A stretch of DNA of 50,443 bases. It comes from a candidate division WOR-3 bacterium. Lineage in GTDB: Bacteria > Hydrothermota > Tepidihabitantia > B3-TA06. A model generated the notes under the pieces. The model saw nothing but the letters and a program-made list of their open reading frames with translations, was not told the origin of the DNA and searched no databases. The stretch spans positions 67,010-117,452 of the forward strand of contig CBFGKC010000008.1 in NCBI GenBank assembly GCA_965649265.1. The letters are read 5' to 3'. This document shows, in pieces, positions 19,609 through 29,325 of this stretch. The position numbers were made by a program, and so were the translations under genes. How positions within the stretch are numbered: the stretch's first letter is position 1; each line of letters begins with the position of its first letter.

Positions 19609-21429
19609 ATGAGTAACGGCAGGAGGTCCCCTTGGCCTACGATCCTTTCCTGGGTCGCAATTGCCACTATTGTTATAATCGCCATTGTCGTTCTAGTATC
19701 AATATTCTCTAGGCCATTCGGTTGGTTTGACTGGCTCTTGATGAAGGTTGACACTCAAGACGCACGGCATCTGTATTTGTTGAGCGCGACAGCGCAGGTG
19801 CTTGCCGCCTTGTTCGCGTTAGTCTTCTCGATTACCTTGATTGCCGTCCAGTTCGTAACCAAGTACACGCACCGAACCATGAGGATGGTTTTCAACGCCA
19901 GGATACTAACCTACATTGGCGGCTTTGCTCTTGCCGTGATTTTACCTTTGTGGTTCATTAGTCATCCTTCAGGCTTTGGTTCGTTGCTCAGCCTTATTGT
20001 TGGCTCAGTCTATGTGCTATCGTTGATCGGCTTCTTTTATTACCTGCGAAAGAAACTAAGCATAGACACAATAATTGAAGATCTTAAGACTGAAGCACTG
20101 GAATATCTTAATAAAAAAGAAATTACAAAAGCCGAAGGAAATATTAACGCCCTAGATGGTATAATAATGGGTGCATTTACTGATCGCAATTTTGAAGTAT
20201 TCAAATTGGCTATTAAAGAGTCTGCCGAATTGGCTTTTGCAATTGAAAGATCAATAGGTGAGTTGAAGGAAAAAACGAATGAGAAAAAGTTACATGATTT
20301 ATTGATGGAAAACCTTTTTGATACTGCATTAGAGGTTATCAATAATCGCCGCGCTCCTCGGATAATTGCAGAAATGCTTGGGCAAGTGGGTTCGGAAGCC
20401 ATAAAAGAAAAAAGAGAAAGAACATGGAGCGTTCTTTCTCTAACAATTGATGTAATTGATAAATGGTGTACAACAAAGGAGAATGCTATTGCTTCTCTTG
20501 AGTGTGCCAAGGCTCTTCACAAAATGGCCATGAGCGCGCCACAAGATATAATTGATGGAAAACAAGAATTGATTTTTGGTGAAGGGGGACCCTATACTCT
20601 AATGATAAAATGCTTGGATCGAATATACAGGAAGCATGCAAGTAAAGATGAGTGGGCGGAATTCTATAAGAAAGACATTGACAATCTTGTAGTGTTAATA
20701 CCAACTCAGATTTCTACATTTGTGTCTGGAATAAGAGCATTTCATTTATTAGATACTATGTTCGAATTTCTTGATTCATATACAAAAAGGGACGACATAC
20801 GAGGAGCACGAGACTTTGAAGATACGCTATCGAAGCTTTTTGAATCGCTAAAAAAAGAAATAGTCAAAAAGGGATTTGAGAATTCCGTAGGTTTCCTTAT
20901 GAGCTTGGGCAAAATTCTCGACAAGAAAAATAAAGAAATTTTAGAGAAGGAAAAGGACAACCGGAATTCACCATGGCTTGCTCTGGTCGAAGAATTCTAC
21001 GATCTAATCTCTAAAATTGCCGATTTTGCAATCGAAAATAGCAATTACTTTCTCTGCTGGAAAGCCCATACTTATTATCTGTCTGCGTTTAATGAAAGCG
21101 CACTTTCCGTATCGTCTTTATTAATAATGCTAACTTCTCAGACATCTTCGATTCTGAAAACAAAACCTAATGAGTTTAATGAAGAATGGGCAACAGCTAT
21201 CACATATGCGTTCAAGGTTGGAATGAAAGGTGTTATCGAAAGCAGACTAGTTAGTCCATTGACACCTATAAATTCAAAGACTATATGGATGGAGACAAAA
21301 CCAGTGGCGGAAGATTTCCTTGACATTGCTACTCACAATAATTGGGAACAAGCAAAAAACAATCTTCAGGAATTTTTCAAGCTTGAGGAATTGTTCAAAA
21401 ACAATCCACCCTTAGAATTCCCGCTTTAA
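19609..21429 (+). CDS. DUF2254-like membrane protein with a long helical C-terminal region
   Basis: About four N-terminal TM helices including LSATAQVLAALFALVFSITLIAVQF. Start reassigned to ATG 19609 after TTGACA-16-TATCAT; the 3' two-thirds is AT-rich. Confidence 0.65.
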   Translation: MSNGRRSPWPTILSWVAIATIVIIAIVVLVSIFSRPFGWFDWLLMKVDTQDARHLYLLSATAQVLAALFALVFSITLIAVQFVTKYTHRTMRMVFNARILTYIGGFALAVILPLWFISHPSGFGSLLSLIVGSVYVLSLIGFFYYLRKKLSIDTIIEDLKTEALEYLNKKEITKAEGNINALDGIIMGAFTDRNFEVFKLAIKESAELAFAIERSIGELKEKTNEKKLHDLLMENLFDTALEVINNRRAPRIIAEMLGQVGSEAIKEKRERTWSVLSLTIDVIDKWCTTKENAIASLECAKALHKMAMSAPQDIIDGKQELIFGEGGPYTLMIKCLDRIYRKHASKDEWAEFYKKDIDNLVVLIPTQISTFVSGIRAFHLLDTMFEFLDSYTKRDDIRGARDFEDTLSKLFESLKKEIVKKGFENSVGFLMSLGKILDKKNKEILEKEKDNRNSPWLALVEEFYDLISKIADFAIENSNYFLCWKAHTYYLSAFNESALSVSSLLIMLTSQTSSILKTKPNEFNEEWATAITYAFKVGMKGVIESRLVSPLTPINSKTIWMETKPVAEDFLDIATHNNWEQAKNNLQEFFKLEELFKNNPPLEFPL

Positions 21430-21559
21430 ATTTAGGCGATTGCTTCGTTTTCCTGGGGAAGCCTCGTAATGACGTTGGTGTGTTGTGGGGGCTCCCTCAC
21501 CCGACGGTCTTCCAGAACGTAGCCCTCTCCCGAGGGGAGAGGGGGATGATGAAGCGCGG

Positions 21560-22258
21560 TTACTTGCCGTTTGTTCCGTTGGGTTTTTTGGGCGCGGCGC
21601 GCTTTTCCCGAATCTCCAGGCTCAGGTAATCGAGCGCCCATTTGAGGCCGGCGGCCAGGTCCGAAAGCGTGCGCACGTCCGCAAGCTCGACGCCCAGGTG
21701 GACGACGGTCTGCGCGACCTCGGGACGGATGCCCGTTATCACGCACTGCGCGCCCAGGAGCTTGACCGACGCCACCGTTTTCAATAAGTGGTTGGCCACC
21801 GCCGAGTCCACGCCCGAAACGCCGGTGATGTCTAAAATCGCTACTTTCGTTTGCGTGGCCGCGATGGTTGTCAGGAGCGCGTCCGTAAGGTTTTGCGAGC
21901 GCCGGGTGTCGAGCGCGCCGATGAGCGGCAGCACGAGCACGCGGTCCCAAATCTTGATGATGGGGGTGGAGAGCTCTTCAATGGCCCCGCGCTGCTTGAG
22001 GATGGTGTCAAGGCTCCTTTCCAGCTCGGCCTGTTTGGCCTCGTTCTGCTCTCGCTCGTAGACGAGCTGCTCTATCATGAAGTTGGTGGATATTTCGACG
22101 GGCGTGAAGTCGTCCTCCCCCTCCTCGCTCACCTCGACCGTTTGCGAGTAGTCGCCCGCGGTGACCGAGGCGAATATCTCCAAAAGCCGCTCCACGCGTT
22201 TGTTTGAAACCATTATCTCGTCTTGCTCCGCGTGAGAGGTGTTTTTAGATGTCGCCAT
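21560..22258 (-). CDS. RsbR-like STAS protein (type A: short N-domain, coiled coil, STAS)
   Basis: EELSTPII.IW..VLVLPLIG.LDT.R...ILDITGV..VDS.VANHL...GIRPEVAQT.VHLG matches the RsbR STAS domain. Start MATSK (22258) overlaps the upstream stop. Confidence 0.88.
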   Translation of the reverse strand: MATSKNTSHAEQDEIMVSNKRVERLLEIFASVTAGDYSQTVEVSEEGEDDFTPVEISTNFMIEQLVYEREQNEAKQAELERSLDTILKQRGAIEELSTPIIKIWDRVLVLPLIGALDTRRSQNLTDALLTTIAATQTKVAILDITGVSGVDSAVANHLLKTVASVKLLGAQCVITGIRPEVAQTVVHLGVELADVRTLSDLAAGLKWALDYLSLEIREKRAAPKKPNGTNGK

Positions 22259-22715
22259 TGGAGAGCCACTCCCGGGCTTCCTGTTCGGTCTTGAAGAATT
22301 TGGACTTCCTGATGTGCGGGAAGATCTTGAGCAAAAGGCTGCCCAGCACGCGCACGGTGGCCGAGGCACCGTATGCGGCAAGCTTCTGGCAGAGCACCTC
22401 GTGCGGCAGCTTGGCGAGCGCCTCCCTTGCCGCGGGTGGGATGCCCTTGAGGGCGCTCAGGTCGACGAGCAGTTCGAGGGAGTCGGTCTCTTTCGAGTAC
22501 AGGGTGAGGTTCTCGTAAATCTCTGTCGCCTGGCCGGGCGTCATCTCGCCCTCGAGCTTCATGCAAAGGACCCGCGGAGGCTCGAACCTGGCGTTGGTGA
22601 AGCTGTGTGCGTAGCTGTCGTGTTCGGTGGGGGGGATGTTAGATGGTGAGTCAGGTGGTGAGTCAGGTGGTGTGTTACGGGGGGTGTTACGGGGTGTGTT
22701 ACGGGTGGGCTGCAT
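22245..22715 (-). CDS. STAS/SEC14 (SpoIIAA-like) protein, FEPP type, with a repeat-derived N-terminal extension
   Basis: FEPP..L..KLEG, LLVDLSALKGIPPAARE, FFKTEQEAREWL; ATG 22715 after GGAGG; N-terminus (RNTP)x3 (PDSP)x2. Confidence 0.8.
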   Translation of the reverse strand: MQPTRNTPRNTPRNTPPDSPPDSPSNIPPTEHDSYAHSFTNARFEPPRVLCMKLEGEMTPGQATEIYENLTLYSKETDSLELLVDLSALKGIPPAAREALAKLPHEVLCQKLAAYGASATVRVLGSLLLKIFPHIRKSKFFKTEQEAREWLSNGDI

Positions 22716-22785
22716 ACTCGTCCTCCTCCACATGGTCGGCGCTGCCGACGTCTATCGGGTTGCCCAAGAGGGTCCGAGTATTCAT
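22699..22785 (-). CDS. Possible 28-aa small ORF (MNTRTLLGNPIDVGSADHVEEDEYAAHP)
   Basis: AAAGGAG 6 nt before the ATG; fills the gap between an rsbR-like gene and a STAS/SEC14 gene and overlaps the latter's start. Confidence 0.3.
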   Translation of the reverse strand: MNTRTLLGNPIDVGSADHVEEDEYAAHP

Positions 22786-22837
22786 GTTCATCTCCTTTTC
22801 TTTCACCGTCCTCAGAAAATCCTGCGTGCAGTCTAGA

Positions 22838-23497
22838 TCAATTCGCGTTTTCCTTGTTATTCTTTCGTCTGTTTATGACGAAATCAAGGCGATTGAACGC
22901 CCATTTCAGCCCTTCCGAGAGGTTGGCAAGCGTCTCGACCTCAGAGAGGTCGACGCCGAGATGGACTATTGTCTGGGCCACTTCGGGCTTGATGCCCGTT
23001 ATCACGCACTCGGCGCCCAGAAGCTTGACCGCGGAGACGGTTTTCAGCAAATGATTGGCCACGGCCGAGTCCACGGTCGGTACGCCGGTGATGTCTAAAA
23101 TGGCCACCTTTGTTTGCGTGAACGCGATGTTCGTCAGCAAGGCCTCGGTGAGGTTCTGTGAGCGCCGCGTGTCCAGGGCGCCGATAAGGGGCAGCACGAG
23201 CACCTGATCCCATATCTTGATGATCGGGGTCGAGAGCTCCTCGATGGCCTGGCGCTGCAACTCGATGACCGAGAGCTTATCCTCAAGCTCCTCAGCGCGC
23301 TTGCGGCTTTCCGAGACTTGTGAGCCGAGGTCGGCAATGAGATAGTTCATCCCCGTCTCGACCGCGGTCAGGGTATCATCCTTTTCGGCGTTTATAGGGA
23401 CCTTTACCTCGAAATCGCCCGACGCTGCAAAGGTCAGGGCTTCCTCGATGTTCTTGAGTCTTAGTTCGTAATCCTTAAGTTTTTCCTGAATGGTCAT
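22838..23497 (-). CDS. RsbR-like STAS protein (type B)
   Basis: RLKNIEEAL..AASGDF N-domain, coiled coil, and RsbR-type STAS (ELSTPII, GALDTRRSQ, DITGVPTVDSAVA, GIKPEVAQT). Confidence 0.9.
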   Translation of the reverse strand: MTIQEKLKDYELRLKNIEEALTFAASGDFEVKVPINAEKDDTLTAVETGMNYLIADLGSQVSESRKRAEELEDKLSVIELQRQAIEELSTPIIKIWDQVLVLPLIGALDTRRSQNLTEALLTNIAFTQTKVAILDITGVPTVDSAVANHLLKTVSAVKLLGAECVITGIKPEVAQTIVHLGVDLSEVETLANLSEGLKWAFNRLDFVINRRKNNKENAN

Positions 23498-23514
23498 ACT
23501 GAGCGCTCAACGAT

Positions 23515-23889
23515 TCAATTGACCGAAGTTTTTTGCTCTGCAAGCCAGGTCTCGGCTTCCTGTTCGTCCTTGAAGAACCCTGTGTCCTTGGATTTACCTA
23601 TGGCGGTGACGGCTATTTTCGCGAACATCCTGAGCACCGGTCTTGCGCCCATTATCGCGATCTTGCCCCATTTGACTTCCTTGGCCCTCGTGGCTATGAG
23701 CTTGCGGGTCTTGCCGTCGATGAGTTCCTGCGCAGGGTCGTCCATGAAGACGAGGAAATACTTCTGCTTATCGCCTTCGTATTTCATGAGTTCATCCACG
23801 AATCCGTTGACGTCGTTTTCATCAAATCTCTGGTAAATATCGGCTCGCAGAATACCCTTGGCATTGTCGAACCAGACCTTGTACTTCAA
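23515..23889 (-). CDS. STAS/SEC14 (SpoIIAA-like) protein, W(Y/F)D..G type
   Basis: VWFDNAKGILR, KIAIMGARPVLRM, FFKDEQEAETWL; TTG start at 23889 after AAGGAGG. Confidence 0.82.
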   Translation of the reverse strand: MKYKVWFDNAKGILRADIYQRFDENDVNGFVDELMKYEGDKQKYFLVFMDDPAQELIDGKTRKLIATRAKEVKWGKIAIMGARPVLRMFAKIAVTAIGKSKDTGFFKDEQEAETWLAEQKTSVN

Positions 23890-23998
23890 AGTAACCTCCT
23901 TAAAGGTTTTTGTTTCGCCTCCACCCGGCAACGGTTGCCACATTTTCCATCCTAATCTCTTAACGCCCGGCCGCCCATTGTTTCTTGGAAAGAGGTAT

Positions 23999-24100
23999 AT
24001 ATTAGCGTTTTTTCTGTAATTGTCAAGTGTTTTTAAGGTTTTATTACGTATCAAGTGAAGGTTAAAAGTCACTTGACACGTAAAAGAAATTCGGTAAAAT
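23999..24100. promoter_or_regulatory. Back-to-back sigma70 promoters, module 1
   Basis: Minus: TTGACA(24026-21)-16-TAATAT. Plus: TTGACA(24073-78)-16-TAAAAT. Confidence 0.7.
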
Positions 24101-24229
24101 TGACTTTATAATATCTTTATTAAGACACACTCCTACATGCAGTCGGTGTTTTTGAATGGCTGTGTGGGACCGGGCGATTAAAAGAATAGAGAAATAAATC
24201 TTTTAACGCTTAAATCCTAGGAGGATTCG

Positions 24230-25378
24230 ATGACAGCCAAGTTCAGTCTCGAATCGGAGTTCGTCCAATCCCTTAAAAAAGACATTTCCGATTTCATCAA
24301 GGCCGGAACAGAGCAAAAGGACACCGAAAAACGCTTTAACGATCTCGCCTTGCGGTTGTTCGAGTACCAGTTCAACGCGAACGTCCCTTACCAGCGCTTC
24401 TGCGCGAAGCGCGGGGTCGAGCCGGGCCAGATCAAGAAATGGGAGGAGATCCCCGCGGTACCCTCCAACGTTTTCAAGGAGATCCCTCTCGCCACCTTCC
24501 CTGCGGACCAGGCGGTAAAACTCTTCGTAAGCTCGGGCACCACCAGCCCGGACAAGCGCTCCAAGGTCTACATCGACGAAACGGGTCTCGAACTAATGGA
24601 CATTTCGTTTCAGGAATCCATCCAGAACTACTTCTACAAGTCCAGGGACGAAAAGCTGCCCTCCCTGCTCGTTTCACCCTCGCCCGCAGCGTTCCCGAAC
24701 AATCCCTCGCTCATGATCCACCTTTCCATCACGCTCATGAAGGGTCACTACGAAGGCGATCTCGAATACTTCATCACCCGCGAGGGGCTCGACGTTCAGG
24801 GGCTCATAAAAAGGCTGAAAGAGGTCGAGCAAGCGGGCAAGCCGGTATGGATAGGCGGTCCCACATTCGGTTTCGTCCACTTCTACGACTACTGCAAGAG
24901 CCAGGGCATCCGCTTCAAGCTTCCCGAGGGCTCGAGGATCATTGACGCGGCCGGCTACAAGGGTCAGTCCAGAAGCATGCCCAAGGAGGAGTTCCTGGCG
25001 CTCTCGAACGAGATAACGGGCATACCCTACTCCCACCTCATCAACAACTACTCGATGTCCGAGGTGCACGCCATATACGCCGACAACGTCCTCTACAACC
25101 ACGTCAGGGGAATCGAGAAACCGCGTCACAAGTTCATCCCGCCCTGGACGAGGGTGGTGATAACGGACCCCGACACCCTGGAGCCGCTCCCAAAGGGGCA
25201 GGACGGCCTCATCTGCCACTACTGTCTCGCGAATCTCAATTCCGTCATGGCCATTCAGACCGACGACCTCGGTCATACAATAGAAGACGGGTTCGAGATT
25301 CTGGGACGCGCAAAGGGTGCCGAGGCGCGCGGCTGCTCGATTACGGTGGACGAGATAATAGCGGCGCAGGCCAGCTAG
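24230..25378 (+). CDS. luxE: LuxE-family acyl-protein synthetase, copy 1
   Basis: LFEYQ...N..Y, IPAVP...FK, SSGTT P-loop, GGPTF, YSMSE, QTDDLG and C-terminal GRA.GAE.RGCS with the acylated Cys. Family homologue, not a bioluminescence operon. Confidence 0.85.
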   Translation: MTAKFSLESEFVQSLKKDISDFIKAGTEQKDTEKRFNDLALRLFEYQFNANVPYQRFCAKRGVEPGQIKKWEEIPAVPSNVFKEIPLATFPADQAVKLFVSSGTTSPDKRSKVYIDETGLELMDISFQESIQNYFYKSRDEKLPSLLVSPSPAAFPNNPSLMIHLSITLMKGHYEGDLEYFITREGLDVQGLIKRLKEVEQAGKPVWIGGPTFGFVHFYDYCKSQGIRFKLPEGSRIIDAAGYKGQSRSMPKEEFLALSNEITGIPYSHLINNYSMSEVHAIYADNVLYNHVRGIEKPRHKFIPPWTRVVITDPDTLEPLPKGQDGLICHYCLANLNSVMAIQTDDLGHTIEDGFEILGRAKGAEARGCSITVDEIIAAQAS

Positions 25379-25807
25379 CCGCCCACCCGTACCCGTAACA
25401 CACCTCTTGGGAATCGACCTTCGAGAGGTGTTAAGTAGCTAAAAGAGTTAATACACGCAAGGTGTTGAATCGGGAATAGTCATTTCCCGCCCATTGGGAT
25501 ATATCTATATCACACAGGGCATTCTCATACACCGCGCGGAGCTTCGCTTTTTGAAGTCTAAGGAAATACCACAACTCCTTCAAGGGGTTTGTCACGCGGC
25601 TTCAATCCAGGCAATTACCAGGAGGAGAGGGGTAAAACACTTCCTTTGAAGGGGAGTTTCACTCCAAACTCTTCCGGAGCGTTGCGATCTCAGACATCAC
25701 CGTCTTCATTACGAAAGGCTTATAAGCAATCTCTTAGGAAACAATCTCTTTAGAAGGTTTTCCCTGCAGCGGGGGAGGGGGGAAGAGGAAATCGCCGGGG
25801 GCGGCCG

Positions 25808-26488
25808 TCAAGCCTTAGGTTTAGAGGGGTTCTTGTCGTTGCCGTTCGAATCTTGCTTCTTTTCGAGCCGCTTGAACGCCCACTTGAGGCCTTCGGAGAG
25901 GTTGGAGAGCGTCTCTACCTCCGAAAGATCGACGCCGAGATGAACGATTGTCTGGGCAACCTCGGGTCTTATACCCGTTATCACGCACTCGGCTCCGAGC
26001 AGCTTTACCGCGGCAACCGTCTTTAACAAATGGTTGGCCACCGCCGAGTCGACGTTTGGCACGCCGGTGATATCCATTATCGTGATCTTTGACTGCGTGT
26101 TTGCTATGTCGGTCAGAAGTGTTTCGGTCAGGCTCTGCGAGCGGCGAGTGTCCAGGGCGCCTATGAGAGGAAGCACCAGGACCTGATCCCATATCTTGAT
26201 GATGGGCGTCGAGAGCTCCTCTATGGCCTCGCGCTGCTTCTCGATGAGATTAAGCTTGTCTTCAAGTTCGTCCGCGCGCTTGCGGCTCTCGTCGATTGCA
26301 TCTCCCATATCGGCTATGAGAACTTTTACCCCGGTCTCGACGCCGGTCAGCGCATCATAATTCTCCTGGTCGAAGTCGAACTCGATGTCGAACTCTCCGC
26401 AGCCCGCTTTGGACAAGATTTCTTCCAGCTTCTCGAGTCTTGCGTCCAAGTCTCTTATCGGTTTTGTGGCTTCTTTAGCAGGCATCAT
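25808..26488 (-). CDS. RsbR-like STAS protein (type B)
   Basis: RLEKLEEILSKAGCGEF, coiled coil, RsbR STAS motifs; AAGGAG RBS. Confidence 0.9.
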   Translation of the reverse strand: MMPAKEATKPIRDLDARLEKLEEILSKAGCGEFDIEFDFDQENYDALTGVETGVKVLIADMGDAIDESRKRADELEDKLNLIEKQREAIEELSTPIIKIWDQVLVLPLIGALDTRRSQSLTETLLTDIANTQSKITIMDITGVPNVDSAVANHLLKTVAAVKLLGAECVITGIRPEVAQTIVHLGVDLSEVETLSNLSEGLKWAFKRLEKKQDSNGNDKNPSKPKA

Positions 26489-26525
26489 CGACTCCTTCCG
26501 CTTTTTTTAGAACCAAGGTTCATCA

Positions 26526-26930
26526 TTACCCCTTGCTTGCAGCCGCTTTTTTATCCAGTTCCTTCTGTCCCCTTATCCATGCAATGGCTTCTTCCTCGTC
26601 TGAGCAGAACTTGAAATCCTTGCCTCGACCTTGTGCGGACATTACTATCTGGGCAACCATGCGGATAACAGGCTTGGCGCCGAGGAGCGCCATCTTTTTG
26701 AAGTGAACCTGGTCACCTTTTTCCTTCGCGACCTTGCGCTCTTCCTTGCCGACCATTTTCTGAGCTTCGTCGAATAACCAGCCGATGACATAGCGCTGCT
26801 GTTCCGGGGTATATCTAGTGGCTTCCTTATAGAACTGCTCGAGGGACTCCACGTCGAATCTCTGGTAAATCTCTCCGCGTAAGACTCCTTCTTTTTCATC
26901 GTACCATAGCTTGAACTTTTCTGTTGCCAC
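26526..26930 (-). CDS. STAS/SEC14 (SpoIIAA-like) protein, WYDEKEG type
   Basis: FKLWYDEKEGVLRG, GAKPVIRMV, EEEAIAWI. Probable GTG start at 26930, since the ORF's ATGGAGG overlaps the RBS. Confidence 0.82.
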   Translation of the reverse strand: MATEKFKLWYDEKEGVLRGEIYQRFDVESLEQFYKEATRYTPEQQRYVIGWLFDEAQKMVGKEERKVAKEKGDQVHFKKMALLGAKPVIRMVAQIVMSAQGRGKDFKFCSDEEEAIAWIRGQKELDKKAAASKG

Positions 26931-27028
26931 TGTTGCCTCCATGAGGTTTGTTTATTTACCCTCCTGTACGGGGAACAGTTTTCTCCAGCCAGCATTACCC
27001 ACACATACCTGAATCTAAGAAATGCAAT

Positions 27029-27121
27029 ATAATAATGCTTTTCGGGTCTTTGTCAAGGTCTTTTTTCGAGTTAAGGGGTATTTAGAAATAGACTTGACAC
27101 GTAAAAGAATTTATCTACAAT
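27029..27121. promoter_or_regulatory. Back-to-back sigma70 promoters, module 2
   Basis: Minus: TTGACA(27056-51)-16-TATTAT. Plus: TTGACA(27094-99)-16-TACAAT. Confidence 0.72.
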
Positions 27122-27127
27122 GTCAAT

Positions 27128-27251
27128 AAACAGGGCTAAAGAACGATAGTTTCCCAAAACAGCTGGTGTTTCGAGTGCGACCTCGTATGTGGGGTTGGGC
27201 GCTTGAAACGAGTTAAAGAACGTTTTATGCGTTTGATGCATGGAGGATTCA
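27128..27251 (+). ncRNA. Conserved structured 5' leader of luxE (candidate cis-regulatory RNA), module 2
   Basis: GGGCT...TTCCC..AACAGCTGGT then hairpin GTTTCGAGTGC-GACCTC-gtatgt-GGGGTT-gg-GCGCTTGAAAC (27168-27209); homologous in modules 3-5. Confidence 0.5.
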
Positions 27252-28403
27252 ATGAACGAGAAATACGCCACCAAATCCGAATTCGTAGACACTCTCGCAA
27301 AAGATATAGGAAATTTCATTCAAAACGGGGCAGATCAGCCCGACGCCGAGAACGATAAGGTGTTCAACGATTTGTCCATGAGGCTGTTCGAGTACCAGTA
27401 CAACGCGAACCCTGTCTATCAAAAGTACTGCGACAAACGCGGTGTGAAGCCCGGGATGGTGAGCGTCTGGTCTGATGTGCCAAGTGTCCCTGCGACGGCC
27501 TTCAAGGAAGTCCAGCTGCGCACGTTTCCGGAGGAGGAAACGGTGCTGTTCCTGACCAGCAGCGGAACGACCAACCCCGAGAAGCGTGCGAAGATCAGCT
27601 TCAATGAATCTATGCTTAAGATATACGATCTTGTAGGCATATGCATCAATGACAGGGGTCTGTACAAATCCGCTGACGAGAAGCTCCAGGCCATCGTGCT
27701 CGGACCCGATCCCGAACTGATGCCCAGTGTGGCGATAGGAATGCGTCAACTGAAGATAAGCGTAGACAGGCATTCGAAAGGAAAGCCTGAGTTCTTCATA
27801 AATTCAAAAGGATTCGATTTTGTCGGACTCGTGGAAAGACTGAGGCAAGTGGAGCAATCGGGCGAACCTTGCGTGATTGTCGGCGCAACGTTCGGGTATG
27901 TCCACTTTTTTGACTACTGCAACACTCAGGGTATCTCCTTCAAGCTTCCCGCTGAAAGCCGCGCCATGGACGGAGGAGGCAACAAGGGAAAAGGGAGAGA
28001 AATCTCAAAAGAGGAGTACTGGAGGTTAGGGGAAGAGGTACTAGGAATACCGCGGAGTCATCTTGTCAATCTATATGGCATGACCGAGATGCAGGCTGCA
28101 TACTTCGACAACGTTTTCTACAATCATTGTAAAGGCATTTCGGAGCCTCGCTGCAAGATGATACCCCATTTTGCCAGGGTCGTGGTCGTTGATCCCGATA
28201 CCCTGGAACCCTTGCCTGAGGCCGAGCGGGGTCTCTTGCGTCAGCACAGCGTGGCCAATCTCGTGACTGTACAGGCCGTTCAAACCGATGATATGGGCTT
28301 CGCAACGGGTTCCGGCTTCCAGGTCACCGGGCGCGCCCGGGATGCGGAGTCGCGCGGCTGCTCTATCGCCTACGACGAACTCATCTCGGCTCTGAAAGCG
28401 TAA
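27252..28403 (+). CDS. luxE: LuxE-family acyl-protein synthetase, copy 2
   Basis: TSSGTT, GATFG, DGGGNKGK, YGMTE, QTDDMG, RGCS; ATG 27252 after GGAGG. Confidence 0.85.
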   Translation: MNEKYATKSEFVDTLAKDIGNFIQNGADQPDAENDKVFNDLSMRLFEYQYNANPVYQKYCDKRGVKPGMVSVWSDVPSVPATAFKEVQLRTFPEEETVLFLTSSGTTNPEKRAKISFNESMLKIYDLVGICINDRGLYKSADEKLQAIVLGPDPELMPSVAIGMRQLKISVDRHSKGKPEFFINSKGFDFVGLVERLRQVEQSGEPCVIVGATFGYVHFFDYCNTQGISFKLPAESRAMDGGGNKGKGREISKEEYWRLGEEVLGIPRSHLVNLYGMTEMQAAYFDNVFYNHCKGISEPRCKMIPHFARVVVVDPDTLEPLPEAERGLLRQHSVANLVTVQAVQTDDMGFATGSGFQVTGRARDAESRGCSIAYDELISALKA

Positions 28404-28470
28404 CCAGTAACACACCCGTCCCCCTTCGGGGGATTCTTATATGCAGCTTAAACCACAAGGAAATAACACG

Positions 28471-28570
28471 CCCGTCCCCCTGCGGGGCAGGGTCTGACCC
28501 TTGAGGTAAGTCTTTACCTCATAGGTCATTCTCATAATCATACGGAGCTTCGCTCCGAAATCTAAGGAAG
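28471..28570. repeat. REP-like palindromic composite element
   Basis: CCCCTGCGGGG, CAGGGTC, TGACC.TTGAGGTAA-gtct-TTACCTCATAGGTCA hairpin, GGAGC-ttc-GCTCC hairpin, TCTAAGGAA; near-identical copy at 30765-30850. Confidence 0.7.
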
Positions 28571-28824
28571 TACCCTCAGGGCAGGGTCATTCACATTTCC
28601 GCCTGGGCCTTCGGCCCAATCAAAAGACGTAACGCACTATCCATTTAGATATGCAGGGGGGTATACAATCCAAAGTCTATGGAAATTCGTGAATGGGGGA
28701 GGGGGGGTGAATTAAACGCCTTGTGACGGCATTGCCAAAATCTCTGTGCAAGTTTTCTCTTGAGGGATGTTCCTTGCGGAATCTTCAATTTGTCTTCAGG
28801 CCGGGTCCAAAGCCGGGGACTGTC

Positions 28825-29226
28825 TTACGCCGGGCTTGCGCCTTTTTTGTCCTTTTCTTTCTCCGCTCTCAACCAGGTCAGGCCTTCCTCCTCGGTTTCG
28901 CAGAAGAAGAAATCCTTTTTCCTTCCTATGGCGGTTATGACCACGGTGTAGACCATGCGGATTACCGGTTTAGCGCCAATGGCTACAACCTTTTTGAAGT
29001 GCAGATCCTTGACCTTATCCTTTGCTATCTTGCGCGCCTCCTTATCGGGCATCTTTTGAGCGTCGTCGTACATCCGACCGATAAAAAAGCGCTGCTGTTC
29101 CGGGGTGTACTTGGAGACTTCTGCAAAGTACTGTTCGAGGGTTTCTACATCGAAGGTGTCATAGATTTCTGTCATAAGCACGCCCTCTTTCTCATCATAC
29201 CAGAGTTTAAACTTGTCTTTCGCCAT
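28825..29226 (-). CDS. STAS/SEC14 (SpoIIAA-like) protein, WYDEKEG type
   Basis: FKLWYDEKEGVL, GAKPVIRMV, ETEEEGLTWL; GAGGAG RBS. Confidence 0.82.
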   Translation of the reverse strand: MAKDKFKLWYDEKEGVLMTEIYDTFDVETLEQYFAEVSKYTPEQQRFFIGRMYDDAQKMPDKEARKIAKDKVKDLHFKKVVAIGAKPVIRMVYTVVITAIGRKKDFFFCETEEEGLTWLRAEKEKDKKGASPA

Positions 29227-29325
29227 GGCAGACTCCTCGAGGTTAAGTTAATTGACCCTCCATTGTTGGGAAACCGCGCTGAGCGTTCGTCATTACCCAC
29301 ACATACCTGAACCTGAGAACATAAT

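Noticed and set aside
26995-27006. Micro-ORF ATG TGT GGG TAA (Met-Cys-Gly) in STAS leaders
   Set aside because: Present in modules 2 and 3 only; the ATG or frame is lost in other copies although GTGGG persists, so it is a nucleotide motif rather than a peptide.
27128-27251. Known riboswitch (c-di-GMP-I, c-di-AMP, cobalamin) in the luxE leader
   Set aside because: CAGGGCTAAA superficially recalls c-di-GMP-I, but the GNRA/receptor and GCAAAGC elements and the other classes' cores are not evident; kept only as an unknown motif.
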